DNA of 38,085 bases from the NCBI GenBank assembly GCA_964455765.1, contig CAYWAR010000001.1, forward strand, positions 1 through 38,085, written 5' to 3'. The position numbers were made by a program, and so were the translations under genes. Each line of letters begins with the position of its first letter. The stretch's first letter is position 1. Shown piece after piece: positions 1-8,362 of this stretch. Source of the DNA: an uncultured Elusimicrobia bacterium. GTDB lineage: Bacteria; Elusimicrobiota; Elusimicrobia; UBA1565. The notes below the pieces were generated by a model. It was not told the DNA's origin. It worked only from the letters and a program-made list of their open reading frames with translations, and did no database searches.

Positions 1-123
1 GAGCGCTTCTATGTGACGGAGGACAGTCCCTTGCGCCAGGCGAGCAGCGGCCAAGTGCTCGCCAGGACCTCACTGCGCCGGGGGAGACTGCGCCTGCGCG
101 ACATCGTCCTCCCGGATAACTGA
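1..123 (+). CDS. 3' end of an unidentified CDS truncated by the window edge
   Basis: Frame 1 is open from base 1 to TGA at 121-123 (...GRLRLRDIVLPDN*). Third codon positions are mostly G/C, as in the confident genes. It is too short to name. Confidence 0.35.
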   Translation, partial: ERFYVTEDSPLRQASSGQVLARTSLRRGRLRLRDIVLPDN

Positions 124-124
124 G

Positions 125-130
125 TATAAT
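125..130 (+). promoter_or_regulatory. -10-like hexamer TATAAT, 10 nt upstream of ATG 141 (near-leaderless promoter candidate)
   Basis: The consensus TATAAT was read directly at 125-130. The 10-nt gap (aagtccttcg) has no purine-rich SD. The -35 is weak. Confidence 0.45.
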
Positions 131-140
131 AAGTCCTTCG

Positions 141-1571
141 ATGACCAAGACCGAGACGGCCAATGAGCCGCTCCTGGCCCTTTTCAAGAGCGCCCTGGGC
201 GCGTCCGCCGAGTCCTGCATTCCTCTCAAGGGCGACGGCTCCAGCCGCAGGCTGTTCCGTCTGAGCGGCGGCGGCCGCAGGGCCATAGGGGTGCTCGGCC
301 CCGACGCGGCGGAGAACCGCGCCTTCCTGGGATTCTCCCGGCACTTCCGTTCCCAAGGCCTCCCCGTGCCCGAGATCTACGCCGAGGATGCCGTCAGCGG
401 CGCCTACCTGGAGGAGGACCTGGGCGATCTCACGCTCTTCGACCAACTCCTCGCCGACAGGTCCGACGCCGAGGTCGGCGAGAAGACGATCGGACTCTAC
501 CGCCGGGCCCTGGAGATCCTGCCGCGCTTCCAGGTCGCGGCCGCCAAGACGCTCGACTACTCCCTCTGTTACCCGAGAGCCGCTTTCGACCGGCAGTCGA
601 TGATGTGGGACCTCAATTATTTCAAATACTATTTCCTGCGCCTGGCCCAAGTCCCATTCAGCGAGCAGGCATTGGAGGAGGATTTTGAGCGCTTCGCGGG
701 CTTCCTCTTGGAGGCGCGGAGGGACTTCTTCCTCTACCGCGACTTCCAGTCGCGCAACATCATGGTCCGCGGCGGGGAGCCCTTCTTCATCGACTACCAG
801 GGCGGACGCAAGGGGGCTCTCCAGTACGACGTCGCCTCCCTCCTCTTCGATGCCAAGGCGGACCTTCCCTCCGAGCTGCGCGAGGAGCTCCTGGGGTATT
901 ACCTCGATGCCGCGGGTGGACAGGAAAAGATCGACCGCGCGGCGTTCATGCGCCATTACCACGGCTACGTCTATATCCGCATACTCCAGGCCCTGGGCGC
1001 CTACGGCCTGCGCGGCTTCTACGAGCGCAAGGCCCATTTCCTGCAAAGCATCCCCTACGCGGTGCGCAATCTCGAGTTCCTCTTGCGCACGGCGGAACTG
1101 CCGGTCGGATTGCCCGAGCTGACCGCCGTGTTCCGCCGCCTGGTGGGCTCCTCGATGCTCCGTCAGTTCGGCGACGCCCAGTTGGGCCTGACCGTCCGGG
1201 TCCAGAGCTTCTCCTACCGGGAAGGGCTTCCCTCCGACGAGAAAGGCCACGGCGGAGGCTTCGTCTTCGACTGCCGCGCCCTGCCCAATCCCGGGCGCTT
1301 CGAGCGCTACGCGAAGCTGACGGGCAAGGACGGGGAGGTCGTCGATTTTCTGGCCGCGGAGAGAGAGGTCGGTGAATTCCTTGACCGCGTCTTCGCCCTG
1401 GTCGCGCATAGCGTCGAGAACTATCGCAGCCGCAACTTCACGGACCTCCAGGTCGCCTTCGGCTGCACCGGGGGCAGGCACCGCTCCGTCTATTGCGCCG
1501 AGCGCCTGGCCCAGCGCCTCAAAAAGCTGGGAGTGCGCGTAGAGCTGGAACACCGGTCGCTAGACCGATGA
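141..1571 (+). CDS. Fusion protein: AmgK-like (APH-fold) anomeric sugar kinase domain plus RapZ/YvcJ C-terminal domain
   Basis: 476-aa ORF. Residues ~1-335 show APH-fold/AmgK-type motifs: GDGSSRRLFRL, catalytic loop YRDFQSRNIMV and IDYQGG. Residues ~348-476 are co-linear with the RapZ C-terminal domain (FVFDCRALPNPGR, KLTGKDGEVVDFL, AFGCTGGRHRSVYCAE). The stop overlaps the next start (ATGA). Confidence 0.85.
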   Translation: MTKTETANEPLLALFKSALGASAESCIPLKGDGSSRRLFRLSGGGRRAIGVLGPDAAENRAFLGFSRHFRSQGLPVPEIYAEDAVSGAYLEEDLGDLTLFDQLLADRSDAEVGEKTIGLYRRALEILPRFQVAAAKTLDYSLCYPRAAFDRQSMMWDLNYFKYYFLRLAQVPFSEQALEEDFERFAGFLLEARRDFFLYRDFQSRNIMVRGGEPFFIDYQGGRKGALQYDVASLLFDAKADLPSELREELLGYYLDAAGGQEKIDRAAFMRHYHGYVYIRILQALGAYGLRGFYERKAHFLQSIPYAVRNLEFLLRTAELPVGLPELTAVFRRLVGSSMLRQFGDAQLGLTVRVQSFSYREGLPSDEKGHGGGFVFDCRALPNPGRFERYAKLTGKDGEVVDFLAAEREVGEFLDRVFALVAHSVENYRSRNFTDLQVAFGCTGGRHRSVYCAERLAQRLKKLGVRVELEHRSLDR

Positions 1572-2305
1572 AAGCCATGGTCTTGGCGGCCGGCGTGGGC
1601 AGCCGGCTCAAGCCCCTGACCGACACGGTCCCGAAGGCCCTCGTGGAGGTGGGCGGGCTCCCCATGCTGGAGCTGGTCCTCATGCGCCTGAAGGCGGCGG
1701 GGGTCCGGGAGGTCGTCGTCAATCTCTTCCACTTCGCCGATAAGGTGGCCGCTTTCCTGGCCGATAAACGCGGCTTCGGCCTGCGCGTGGAGCTCTCCAG
1801 GGAGAGCAAACTCCTCGACACGGGCGGCGGGCTCAAGAAAGCAGCCTGGTTCTTCGATGATGCGGAACCCTTCTTTCTCCATAACGTGGACGTGCTCAGC
1901 AACCTCGATCTGGGGGCGATGCTCGCCGCGCACCGCCGCTCGGGGGCTCTCGCGACCCTGGCGGTCCGCCAAAGGGAGAGCGGCCGCAGGCTGCTCTTCG
2001 CCGCGGACGGCCGCCTCTGCGGGAGGGATTCCCCCTCCGAGGGGGGCATCGAGTGGGCAAAGGCTCCCGTCCCGAATGCGGAGTCCCTGGCCTTCGACGG
2101 GGTCCATGTCCTCTCCCCTTCCGTCTTCGCCAAGATGACCGAGTCCGGGATATTCTCCATCAACAGGCCGTATCTGCGGCTGGCCGGGAGCGGTGAGCGG
2201 ATAGCGGCTTTCCGCTCCGACGAGTATTATTGGCAGGACATCGGCTCGGCGCGGAAGCTCGAGAGCGCCCGCTCGCGCGTCAAGGAGAAGGGTCTCCCGA
2301 TTTAA
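1568..2305 (+). CDS. murU: MurU-like sugar-1-phosphate nucleotidyltransferase (N-acetylmuramate-1-phosphate uridylyltransferase family)
   Basis: ATG 1568 overlaps the upstream stop. It has the N-terminal MKAMVLAAGVGSRLKPLT G-loop and an LDTGGG motif, and is ~245 aa. Its position directly after an AmgK-like kinase matches the AmgK-MurU pair. The 1493 start in the track is an upstream in-frame extension that overlaps the kinase gene. Confidence 0.8.
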   Translation: MKAMVLAAGVGSRLKPLTDTVPKALVEVGGLPMLELVLMRLKAAGVREVVVNLFHFADKVAAFLADKRGFGLRVELSRESKLLDTGGGLKKAAWFFDDAEPFFLHNVDVLSNLDLGAMLAAHRRSGALATLAVRQRESGRRLLFAADGRLCGRDSPSEGGIEWAKAPVPNAESLAFDGVHVLSPSVFAKMTESGIFSINRPYLRLAGSGERIAAFRSDEYYWQDIGSARKLESARSRVKEKGLPI

Positions 2306-2306
2306 C

Positions 2307-3509
2307 GTGGACGCCCCCAAGACGACGCAATCCGGTGTCCCTCCCGCGGCCCACACCGGAGCCATCCCCTGGGTCCGCTTGCGCTCGGCCGCCTCCGGCC
2401 CCCAGCTCTACAAGCGCATGATCGCCGAGGCGGACCCCAAGGCCAGGGCCGGGGACATCGTGGCCGTCTACGACAAGACCGGCGCTCCCTACGGCGCCGC
2501 GCTCTATAACCCCAAAAGCCTCATCGGCCTGCGCCTGCTGCAGCGCGGCTTGGAGGGCTTCGACCCGGAGGCCTTCTTCACCGAGAAGATCGCCCGAGCG
2601 GTGGACCTCCGCCGCGGCCTTCTGCGGCTTGATGACACCACGCAGGCCTACCGGCTCGTGCACGACAACGGCGACGGGCTTCCCGGTCTGGTCGTCGACC
2701 GCTACGCCGACCGAATCGTCCTGGAGTTCTACTCCCTGGGCATGTTCCACCAGGCCGCCCGGATAGAACGCGGCCTCAAGGCCCATTTTCCGGAGGCCAA
2801 GTTCGTCCACCGCGCCAGTCAGCACGCCCAGACCATGGAGGGCTTCCGGCTCAAGCCCGCGCCGCCCTCGCGGGTGCGCGTGCGCGAGAACGGGGTGCTC
2901 TTCGAGATCGAGCTCTCCGCCGGGCGCAAGACCGGCTTCTTCTGCGACCAGAGGGAGAACCGGCTGGCCTTCGCGTCGTTCGCCGCCGGCAGGAAGACGG
3001 TTGATGTCTGCGCCTACACCGGAGGCTTCGGCCTCTACGCGGCCAAGGCCGGGGCCTCGGAAGTCGCCTGCGTGGAGCTCGACCCCGAGGCCTGCGAAGC
3101 CGTGCGCCGCAACTCGAACATCAACCAGGCCCGATTGGAGATCGTCTGCGTGGACGCCTTCCCCTACCTGCGCCAGGCCGCGGCCAACAAGAGGCGCTGG
3201 GGCCTGGCCGTGGTGGACCCCTACAAGCTCATCGCCAACCGCGAAGGCTACCAGGAAGGACGAAAGAAATACGTGGATTTGAACCGCCTGGCCTTCTCCG
3301 TGCTGGAACCCGGCGGCGTGCTCCTTACCTGCTCCTGCAGCGGCATGCTCTCCTGGGAGGAGTTCCAGCAGTGCGTGCGCACGGCCGCGGGCTCGGCCGG
3401 GCGGCGGGTGCAGATATTCCGCAAAACCGGCGCGGCCGCGGACCATCCCTTTGCCGCGGACCATCCGGAGGGCGAATACCTGAAAGCCCTCTGGTGCCGC
3501 GTCCTCTGA
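2307..3509 (+). CDS. rlmI: RlmI-like class I SAM-dependent 23S rRNA (cytosine-C5) methyltransferase
   Basis: 400-aa ORF with a GTG start 1 nt after the murU stop. It is co-linear with E. coli RlmI as I recall it: IPWVRL (PUA-like N-terminus), GLPGLVVDRY, KTGFFCDQRENR, VCAYTGGFGLYAA, VVDPYK and the catalytic TCSCSG. Confidence 0.8.
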   Translation: MDAPKTTQSGVPPAAHTGAIPWVRLRSAASGPQLYKRMIAEADPKARAGDIVAVYDKTGAPYGAALYNPKSLIGLRLLQRGLEGFDPEAFFTEKIARAVDLRRGLLRLDDTTQAYRLVHDNGDGLPGLVVDRYADRIVLEFYSLGMFHQAARIERGLKAHFPEAKFVHRASQHAQTMEGFRLKPAPPSRVRVRENGVLFEIELSAGRKTGFFCDQRENRLAFASFAAGRKTVDVCAYTGGFGLYAAKAGASEVACVELDPEACEAVRRNSNINQARLEIVCVDAFPYLRQAAANKRRWGLAVVDPYKLIANREGYQEGRKKYVDLNRLAFSVLEPGGVLLTCSCSGMLSWEEFQQCVRTAAGSAGRRVQIFRKTGAAADHPFAADHPEGEYLKALWCRVL

Positions 3510-3523
3510 TCACTCCGACAAGA

Positions 3524-3853
3524 CTAGCGGGATTTTCTGGAAAGGCAGGCGAAGGCGAAGAAATAGCGGTCCATGGCGGGCAGGCTGCTTCCGTGTTCCT
3601 TGCCGCCCAGCCAGGCGTCGCAGAGCAGTTCCCGGGCGCGGGCGAGCTCCTTGAGCCGGCCGCGCCAGCGCTCATCGCTCAAAGTCATGTCCAGAAGCTC
3701 CAGGGCCCTGATCAGGGCTTCATCGAGCAGGCGGGCGTCCCTGTCCTTCCACCGGCACGCCCGGCTGACCTCGCTTCCCACGTGGCCGAGCTGTTCGCTC
3801 AGCGGAAGCTGAAACCAGCGGCCGGCCGCCGACTCGGCATGCCGGACGCTCAT
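3524..3853 (-). CDS. Small all-helical conserved hypothetical protein
   Basis: 109-aa ORF with high GC3. Its ATG overlaps the stop of the upstream DUF5674 gene (ATGA at 3850-3853). It is the last gene of the minus-strand operon. I cannot name a family for motifs such as LSEQLGHVGSEVSRA and RALELLDMTLSD. Confidence 0.6.
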   Translation of the reverse strand: MSVRHAESAAGRWFQLPLSEQLGHVGSEVSRACRWKDRDARLLDEALIRALELLDMTLSDERWRGRLKELARARELLCDAWLGGKEHGSSLPAMDRYFFAFACLSRKSR

Positions 3854-4212
3854 GGGATGACGAGCCGGCCCACGGTCTTCAACACGGCCTCGCGGGTCCC
3901 CGGATCGTCCACGCCCCGGGAACGGTTGGCCTGGGAGGGGCGGATGTTGATCATGGAGTCGAATTCCACCCTCTCCGCCGCGGACTTCCCGGGATAGATG
4001 TTGATTCCCCAGAGATGCTCCTGGCGCGACCCGTCCTCAAGGAGCTTTGCCTCGGCGTCGGCGTGCAGTTCTCCGCCGAGAGCCATCACGCCGCGGTCGA
4101 TGTCGACGACGGCCTTCACCATGTCGCCGAATTGGGCGGCGGCGGCTTCCGCCACGGCGGAGAAAGGGATCGGTTGGGAGACGATGCGGATGTCCATGGG
4201 GGCGCCGGGCAT
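3850..4212 (-). CDS. DUF5674-family protein
   Basis: 120 aa. It has the string FGDMVKAVVDIDRGVMALGGELHADAEAKLLEDGSRQEHLWGINIYP...FDSMINIRPSQANRSRGV, which I recognise as the conserved core of DUF5674. This is recognition from memory and was not searched. Confidence 0.7.
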   Translation of the reverse strand: MPGAPMDIRIVSQPIPFSAVAEAAAAQFGDMVKAVVDIDRGVMALGGELHADAEAKLLEDGSRQEHLWGINIYPGKSAAERVEFDSMINIRPSQANRSRGVDDPGTREAVLKTVGRLVIP

Positions 4213-4216
4213 TATA

Positions 4217-4999
4217 TTACTTGAAAGGCAGAAGGAGCATCCCCAAGAAGCCCTGGCTCGCCGGGTCGCGGAACTCGGATAGGCCGATGGTCATGCCCGC
4301 CTGCCCCGCTCGGGCGTCCGCGCGGTAAGTCCCGAAGAGACGGTCCCACCAGGGAAGGTTGAAGCCGAAATTGCTGTCGGTCTCCTCTTTGACCGCGCTA
4401 TGGTGCACGCGGTGCATGTCCGGGGTCACCAGGAAAAGCCGCACGAGGCGGTCGAGCGCTCCAGGGAGGCCGACATTGGAATGGTTGAAGATGGCGCAGG
4501 CGTTGAGCGCGACCTCGAAGACCACTACGATCTCGGGAGAGGGGCCGAGCAAGGCCACGGCGGCCAGCTTGATGAGCAAGGAGAGGACGATCTCGCCGGG
4601 ATGGAAGCGGTTGCCCGTGGTCGCGTCGAAGTCCAGGTCGGCGTGATGGACGCGGTGGAAGCGCCAGAAAAGCGGCACGGCATGGAATAGGACGTGCTGG
4701 AGATAGATGATGAGGTCCAGGGCCAGGAAAGCCAGCGCCGCTTCGAGCCCCCAGGGAAGTTCCGCGCGGTTGAAGAAGCCGACCCCCTGCCCTTGAAAGC
4801 GCGCGGCCAAGCCCACGGCCAGCACCGGAAAGCAGACGCGCACGAAGACGGTGTCGAGGAAGAGCAGCCCCAGGTTCCTGGCCCAGCGCGCGCCGCGCGG
4901 CCGGCTCAAGGGCCGCCTAGGCGCCGCCAGCTCCCAGAGCATCATGGCCAAAAGCGTCCCCCCGAACGCCCCCAACCGTATGACGGATTCGCTTGTCAT
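4217..4999 (-). CDS. Fatty acid hydroxylase / sterol desaturase superfamily integral membrane protein
   Basis: The real start is ATG at 4999 (MTSESVIRLG...), which overlaps the upstream stop (ATGA 4996-4999). It has histidine boxes YLQHVLFH, HRVHHAD and HRVHHS plus several TM segments. The Arg/Pro-rich 5' part of track ORF 4217..6067 is an artefact. Confidence 0.85.
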   Translation of the reverse strand: MTSESVIRLGAFGGTLLAMMLWELAAPRRPLSRPRGARWARNLGLLFLDTVFVRVCFPVLAVGLAARFQGQGVGFFNRAELPWGLEAALAFLALDLIIYLQHVLFHAVPLFWRFHRVHHADLDFDATTGNRFHPGEIVLSLLIKLAAVALLGPSPEIVVVFEVALNACAIFNHSNVGLPGALDRLVRLFLVTPDMHRVHHSAVKEETDSNFGFNLPWWDRLFGTYRADARAGQAGMTIGLSEFRDPASQGFLGMLLLPFK

Positions 5000-6705
5000 G
5001 GCGGAGGGAGGATGGGGGCCTTCTGGGGCTTGGCGCGGCCGCGCTGGAGTTCGACTTCCTCCAATAGCAGGGAAGGCGCCACCACCGAGACCGGCACCCG
5101 GCCCGATTCCTGCTCCACGAGATTGTCTGTGACCGCGTAATCGTCTCCGGTCGCGACGATCTTGCCCGCCAGGTCCAGGGGGGTCCCCACCATGTCCAGG
5201 TCGCGCACCAGCGTCCGCGCTCCGGTCGCCGCGTCGACGAGGGTGACCCGCGTGGGGACCAGCCGCAGGGACTGGCGGCTGTTGGTTCCGCCCTGCTGGC
5301 TCCAGGATTGAGCGCGCTCGATGAGCAGTCCGGAGCTCTTGCCCTCGCGCAGGCACAGCTCGCGCAGGCGCGCGAACAGGGCCTCGCGGCCGATGGCGCG
5401 GGAGGAGGTTAGGATGAGGTTCGAGGCGCGCCCCATGGGCAGATAGCCGGAGGCGGCCCGGGCGTGCCCGTTGGACTTGGGGAGCCCCGGGAGCGGGTAG
5501 CGCGAGAGCAGGAAGGATTCGAGCTTCCCCTCGCGCACGAGGACGGTCTTCTGCGCGCGCACCCCCTCCGCGTCGAAGCGGTAATGGCCCAGGAGGGCCC
5601 GCCCCCCGTGCTCCTCGCGCGCGGGGTCGTCTGTGAGGGTCAAAAATCCCGGGAGTATGGGCCTGCCGACCTTGCCCCGGAAGGTCTGGGCGCCGTCGGG
5701 GTCGCGTTGTTCCTCGCCCGAGAGCCTCATGGCCAGCGCCTCCAGGAGGGCCGCGGCCACGGTCGGATCGACGATGGCCGGGGCCGCGAACGGGGAGGTC
5801 GAGGGCGCGGTTTGAAGGGCCTTGAGGTCCGCGATCATGGCGCGGGCTTCCTCCTCGACGCGCGCCCGGCCGGGCAGGAAGTCCGGACCGCGGGCGAGGA
5901 GGACGCGCGAGACCGAGAGCGGGGAGCCGTCGGGTGCGAGGTCCGAGGCCTGGAGCGTGAGCTGCGCCAGCCGCGAGGAATGGCGCATGCGCGTGCCCTG
6001 CGAGTCGCGCAGGCGCCGGCTCAACTGGAGCTGGTAATAGCCGGCCCCCGAGGAGCGCGGCGCCCAAGAGGACGCCGAGCGGAAGACGGCGCTCGCCGAG
6101 CGGCAGAGGCCTTCGGCGCGCCCGAGGTCCTCTTCCGGCCAGGACTCCGCGGGCTCGGGCTCCTCGAAGACCTCGCTTTCCTCGCGGGAGAGGTCGTCTG
6201 AGGCGTACTCGGCCTTGCCGCGCTTGACGCGCGCCGCCTTCTTTCGCAAGAAGCCCGCCACCGCGGCCTTGTAGGCCGCGTCGAGCTCGGACCAGAGCAC
6301 GCGCCGCAGGGCCGTGGCGTCGGCCGAATAGGGCAGTTCGCGGCCGCGCAGGCCCTCGGGCGCGCCTTCCGGTCGCCCGTCGAGCTCAAAGCTTCCCACG
6401 CGCAGATCCGCGACCAGCCGCCTGTCGCGGTAGAGCGAACGCGCCTGAACGCCTCCCAGCATACAGCGCAGTTCGGCGCCGGAGGCGTCGTCGACCCGGA
6501 GGGAGACGAAATAGGGGGCGGGGTGCTCGTCCTGGCGCAAGGAGGTCGTGGAGCGGGCAATCTCGGCGTCCAGGGCGTCGTCGAGGTTATCAGCGAAGGC
6601 GGCTCCGGCCGATAGGATCATTATAAACGCCGCCTGGAGGAATAAAACGGACCGGCTCGGCCGCGAAAACAGCCGTCGCGGCTTCGCGTCAGGGGCCATC
6701 ATCAT
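4996..6705 (-). CDS. Exported TldD/PmbA-family protein, probably non-catalytic partner (metal-binding motif degenerate)
   Basis: 569 aa. It has an N-terminal signal peptide (...FLQAAFIMILSAGAAFA/DN). Family-typical blocks are GHYRFDAEGV, LESFLLSRYP, KSNGHARA and ASNLIL. The position of HExxxH reads LEALAM. Three consecutive ATGs at 6705/6702/6699 leave the exact start uncertain. Confidence 0.8.
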   Translation of the reverse strand: MMMAPDAKPRRLFSRPSRSVLFLQAAFIMILSAGAAFADNLDDALDAEIARSTTSLRQDEHPAPYFVSLRVDDASGAELRCMLGGVQARSLYRDRRLVADLRVGSFELDGRPEGAPEGLRGRELPYSADATALRRVLWSELDAAYKAAVAGFLRKKAARVKRGKAEYASDDLSREESEVFEEPEPAESWPEEDLGRAEGLCRSASAVFRSASSWAPRSSGAGYYQLQLSRRLRDSQGTRMRHSSRLAQLTLQASDLAPDGSPLSVSRVLLARGPDFLPGRARVEEEARAMIADLKALQTAPSTSPFAAPAIVDPTVAAALLEALAMRLSGEEQRDPDGAQTFRGKVGRPILPGFLTLTDDPAREEHGGRALLGHYRFDAEGVRAQKTVLVREGKLESFLLSRYPLPGLPKSNGHARAASGYLPMGRASNLILTSSRAIGREALFARLRELCLREGKSSGLLIERAQSWSQQGGTNSRQSLRLVPTRVTLVDAATGARTLVRDLDMVGTPLDLAGKIVATGDDYAVTDNLVEQESGRVPVSVVAPSLLLEEVELQRGRAKPQKAPILPPP

Positions 6706-8362
6706 GGAGCGGCGAGGGGAGTATGGGGCGGCGCGCCCGCTTCTCCGGGAGGCGCTGGAACTCCGCTTCCGAGAGGAGGAGGCTCGGCGCGATCTGGGAG
6801 ACCGGCACCCAGCCCGACTCCGCGTTGCAGAGGTATTGGTTGAAGATCGCCGCGTCGTCTCCGGCCGCGACCACGCGGTTGAGGAGCACCAGCGGGGTAC
6901 CGACCAGCTTCACCCCGCGCGCCGGGGTCTCCTCCCCGGTCCGGGCGTCGACCCGGAAGAGCCTTTTGGGCTTGACCTCCAGGGTCTGGGCCGCGCCTCG
7001 TCCGGTGGGGTTCTCTCCTCCCCCGGACCCGAGCAGGCGCAGGCCGTAGGGTAGCCCCTTTTTTCGGCAGAGCTCCATGAGCCTCTTCTTGAGCTCGGGC
7101 AGGGGCCGGCGCTCGTGCGCCTCCAGGATGAGGTTGCTCATCCGGCCGCTGGGGTGCTCGTCGGGCTCGGAGCGGCCGTGCCCGTTGGAGCGCGGGAAGC
7201 CCGGGATGGGCCAGCGGGACATCAGGAAGCCCTTGAGCACTCCGCGCTCGACGAGGATCACGCGCCGGGCCGCAACGCCCTCGTCGTCGTGGAGGTAATG
7301 GCCGTGGGTGGGGATCCCGTTGAAGTCCGCGAGCGTGGGGTCGTCGATGAGGCTGAGGAAACCGGGCAGGATGCGCTCGCCCACGCGGCCTCGGAAGAGA
7401 TGGCTCTGGTCCGGGTCCCTCTGCCGCTGGCCTTCCAGCTTGTGCCCCAAGGCCTCATGGAAGAGCACCCCGGCCATCTCCGGGTCGATGAGAGTGGGGA
7501 GGGAGACCGGCTCTTGGAGCGGCGCCGTGCGGTCGGCAAGGAGGTCCAAGGCCCAACCGCGCAGCTCCCGCTTGGCCTCCTCCAGGGGCGGGAGGGCGGC
7601 GGTGGAGGTCGACTGCCAGGTGCGTCCCGAGGAGAGGAGCATCCCGTCCTCGGAGCGCGTCCAGCCCGAGACCATCAAGCGCACGGGCATGTTCTCCCGG
7701 GGGGAGGCGATCTCCGTCCCCTCGCTGGTCAGCAGGAAGCGCCTGGACCAGGGAAGGTGCAGGGAGATATTCGAGCCGTAGATGTCGGCGTGAGCCTCGA
7801 GCTCCGCGGACAAGGCCCGGACATACTCCTTCCAGGGGCCGATGTCCTCCGGCGGCGGGGAGGGCTCGCGGCGCCTGAGAGGCTCCTCCGTGGAGAAATC
7901 AGCGGCCTCTTCCAGATCGCGCTCCACGGCTTTGCGCGCCTTCTTCTCGAGGAATCCGGCCAGCGCGGACTTATAGGCCTCATCGGTCAAGAGCCATAGG
8001 GCTTGGCGCATGGCGGAGGCGTCCATGGGAACGGGAGAGGATTGCCCCCGGGCGCCCAGCGTCGTATTGTCCAAGGCCGGGCTCCCCACGCGCGCCTCGA
8101 CATAGAGCGTCCGGGAGTCCTCGCTCCTCTCGTCGGTGAGCGCTCCCAGGGTGGCGCTGAGAGTCCGGGTCCTGCGGTCGGTGAGGCGGTAGAGGAGGTG
8201 GTAGGGCGGGCCGGAGCCTTCCAGGGCGAGGCGGCGCAGGGAGCGGTCCATCTCCGAACGCATGGCGGAGAAAACCGCGTCATCGGCGTCTTGGGCGCCG
8301 GCGGAGGGAAGGAAGGCGAGCAAAACCGGGAGGAGAGCCGCGGCGGCGGCCAAGGCTCGCAT
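6689..8362 (-). CDS. Exported TldD-like metallopeptidase (HExxxH intact)
   Basis: The real start is ATG 8362 (MRALAAAAALLPVLLAFLPSAGA/QD signal peptide), sharing 1 nt with the upstream stop. HEALGH lies at codons 302-307 (nt 7442-7459). It also has GHYLHDDEGV, KGFLMSRWP, RSNGHGRS and MSNLIL. The 5' extension to 8671 in the track is an artefact. Confidence 0.8.
   Translation of the reverse strand: MRALAAAAALLPVLLAFLPSAGAQDADDAVFSAMRSEMDRSLRRLALEGSGPPYHLLYRLTDRRTRTLSATLGALTDERSEDSRTLYVEARVGSPALDNTTLGARGQSSPVPMDASAMRQALWLLTDEAYKSALAGFLEKKARKAVERDLEEAADFSTEEPLRRREPSPPPEDIGPWKEYVRALSAELEAHADIYGSNISLHLPWSRRFLLTSEGTEIASPRENMPVRLMVSGWTRSEDGMLLSSGRTWQSTSTAALPPLEEAKRELRGWALDLLADRTAPLQEPVSLPTLIDPEMAGVLFHEALGHKLEGQRQRDPDQSHLFRGRVGERILPGFLSLIDDPTLADFNGIPTHGHYLHDDEGVAARRVILVERGVLKGFLMSRWPIPGFPRSNGHGRSEPDEHPSGRMSNLILEAHERRPLPELKKRLMELCRKKGLPYGLRLLGSGGGENPTGRGAAQTLEVKPKRLFRVDARTGEETPARGVKLVGTPLVLLNRVVAAGDDAAIFNQYLCNAESGWVPVSQIAPSLLLSEAEFQRLPEKRARRPILPSPLHDDGP

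Noticed and set aside
9-1553. 514-aa ORF antisense to the kinase-RapZ fusion gene
   Set aside because: Its composition is low-complexity and rich in Ala, Gly, Arg and Glu, with no recognisable motifs. It fully overlaps a gene with clear family motifs. This is a typical high-G+C shadow ORF.
4217-6067. Long N-terminal extensions of track ORFs (4217..6067, 6689..8671, 10074..12296, 12612..13757, 13160..14164, 18206..19360, 22981..24879, 24055..25518, 25475..27646, 35500..38001)
   Set aside because: The extended parts are Arg/Pro-rich and overlap the preceding gene out of frame. Internal starts give proper N-termini (signal peptides, Rossmann or GT2 motifs) and classic 1-4 nt overlaps with the upstream stop.
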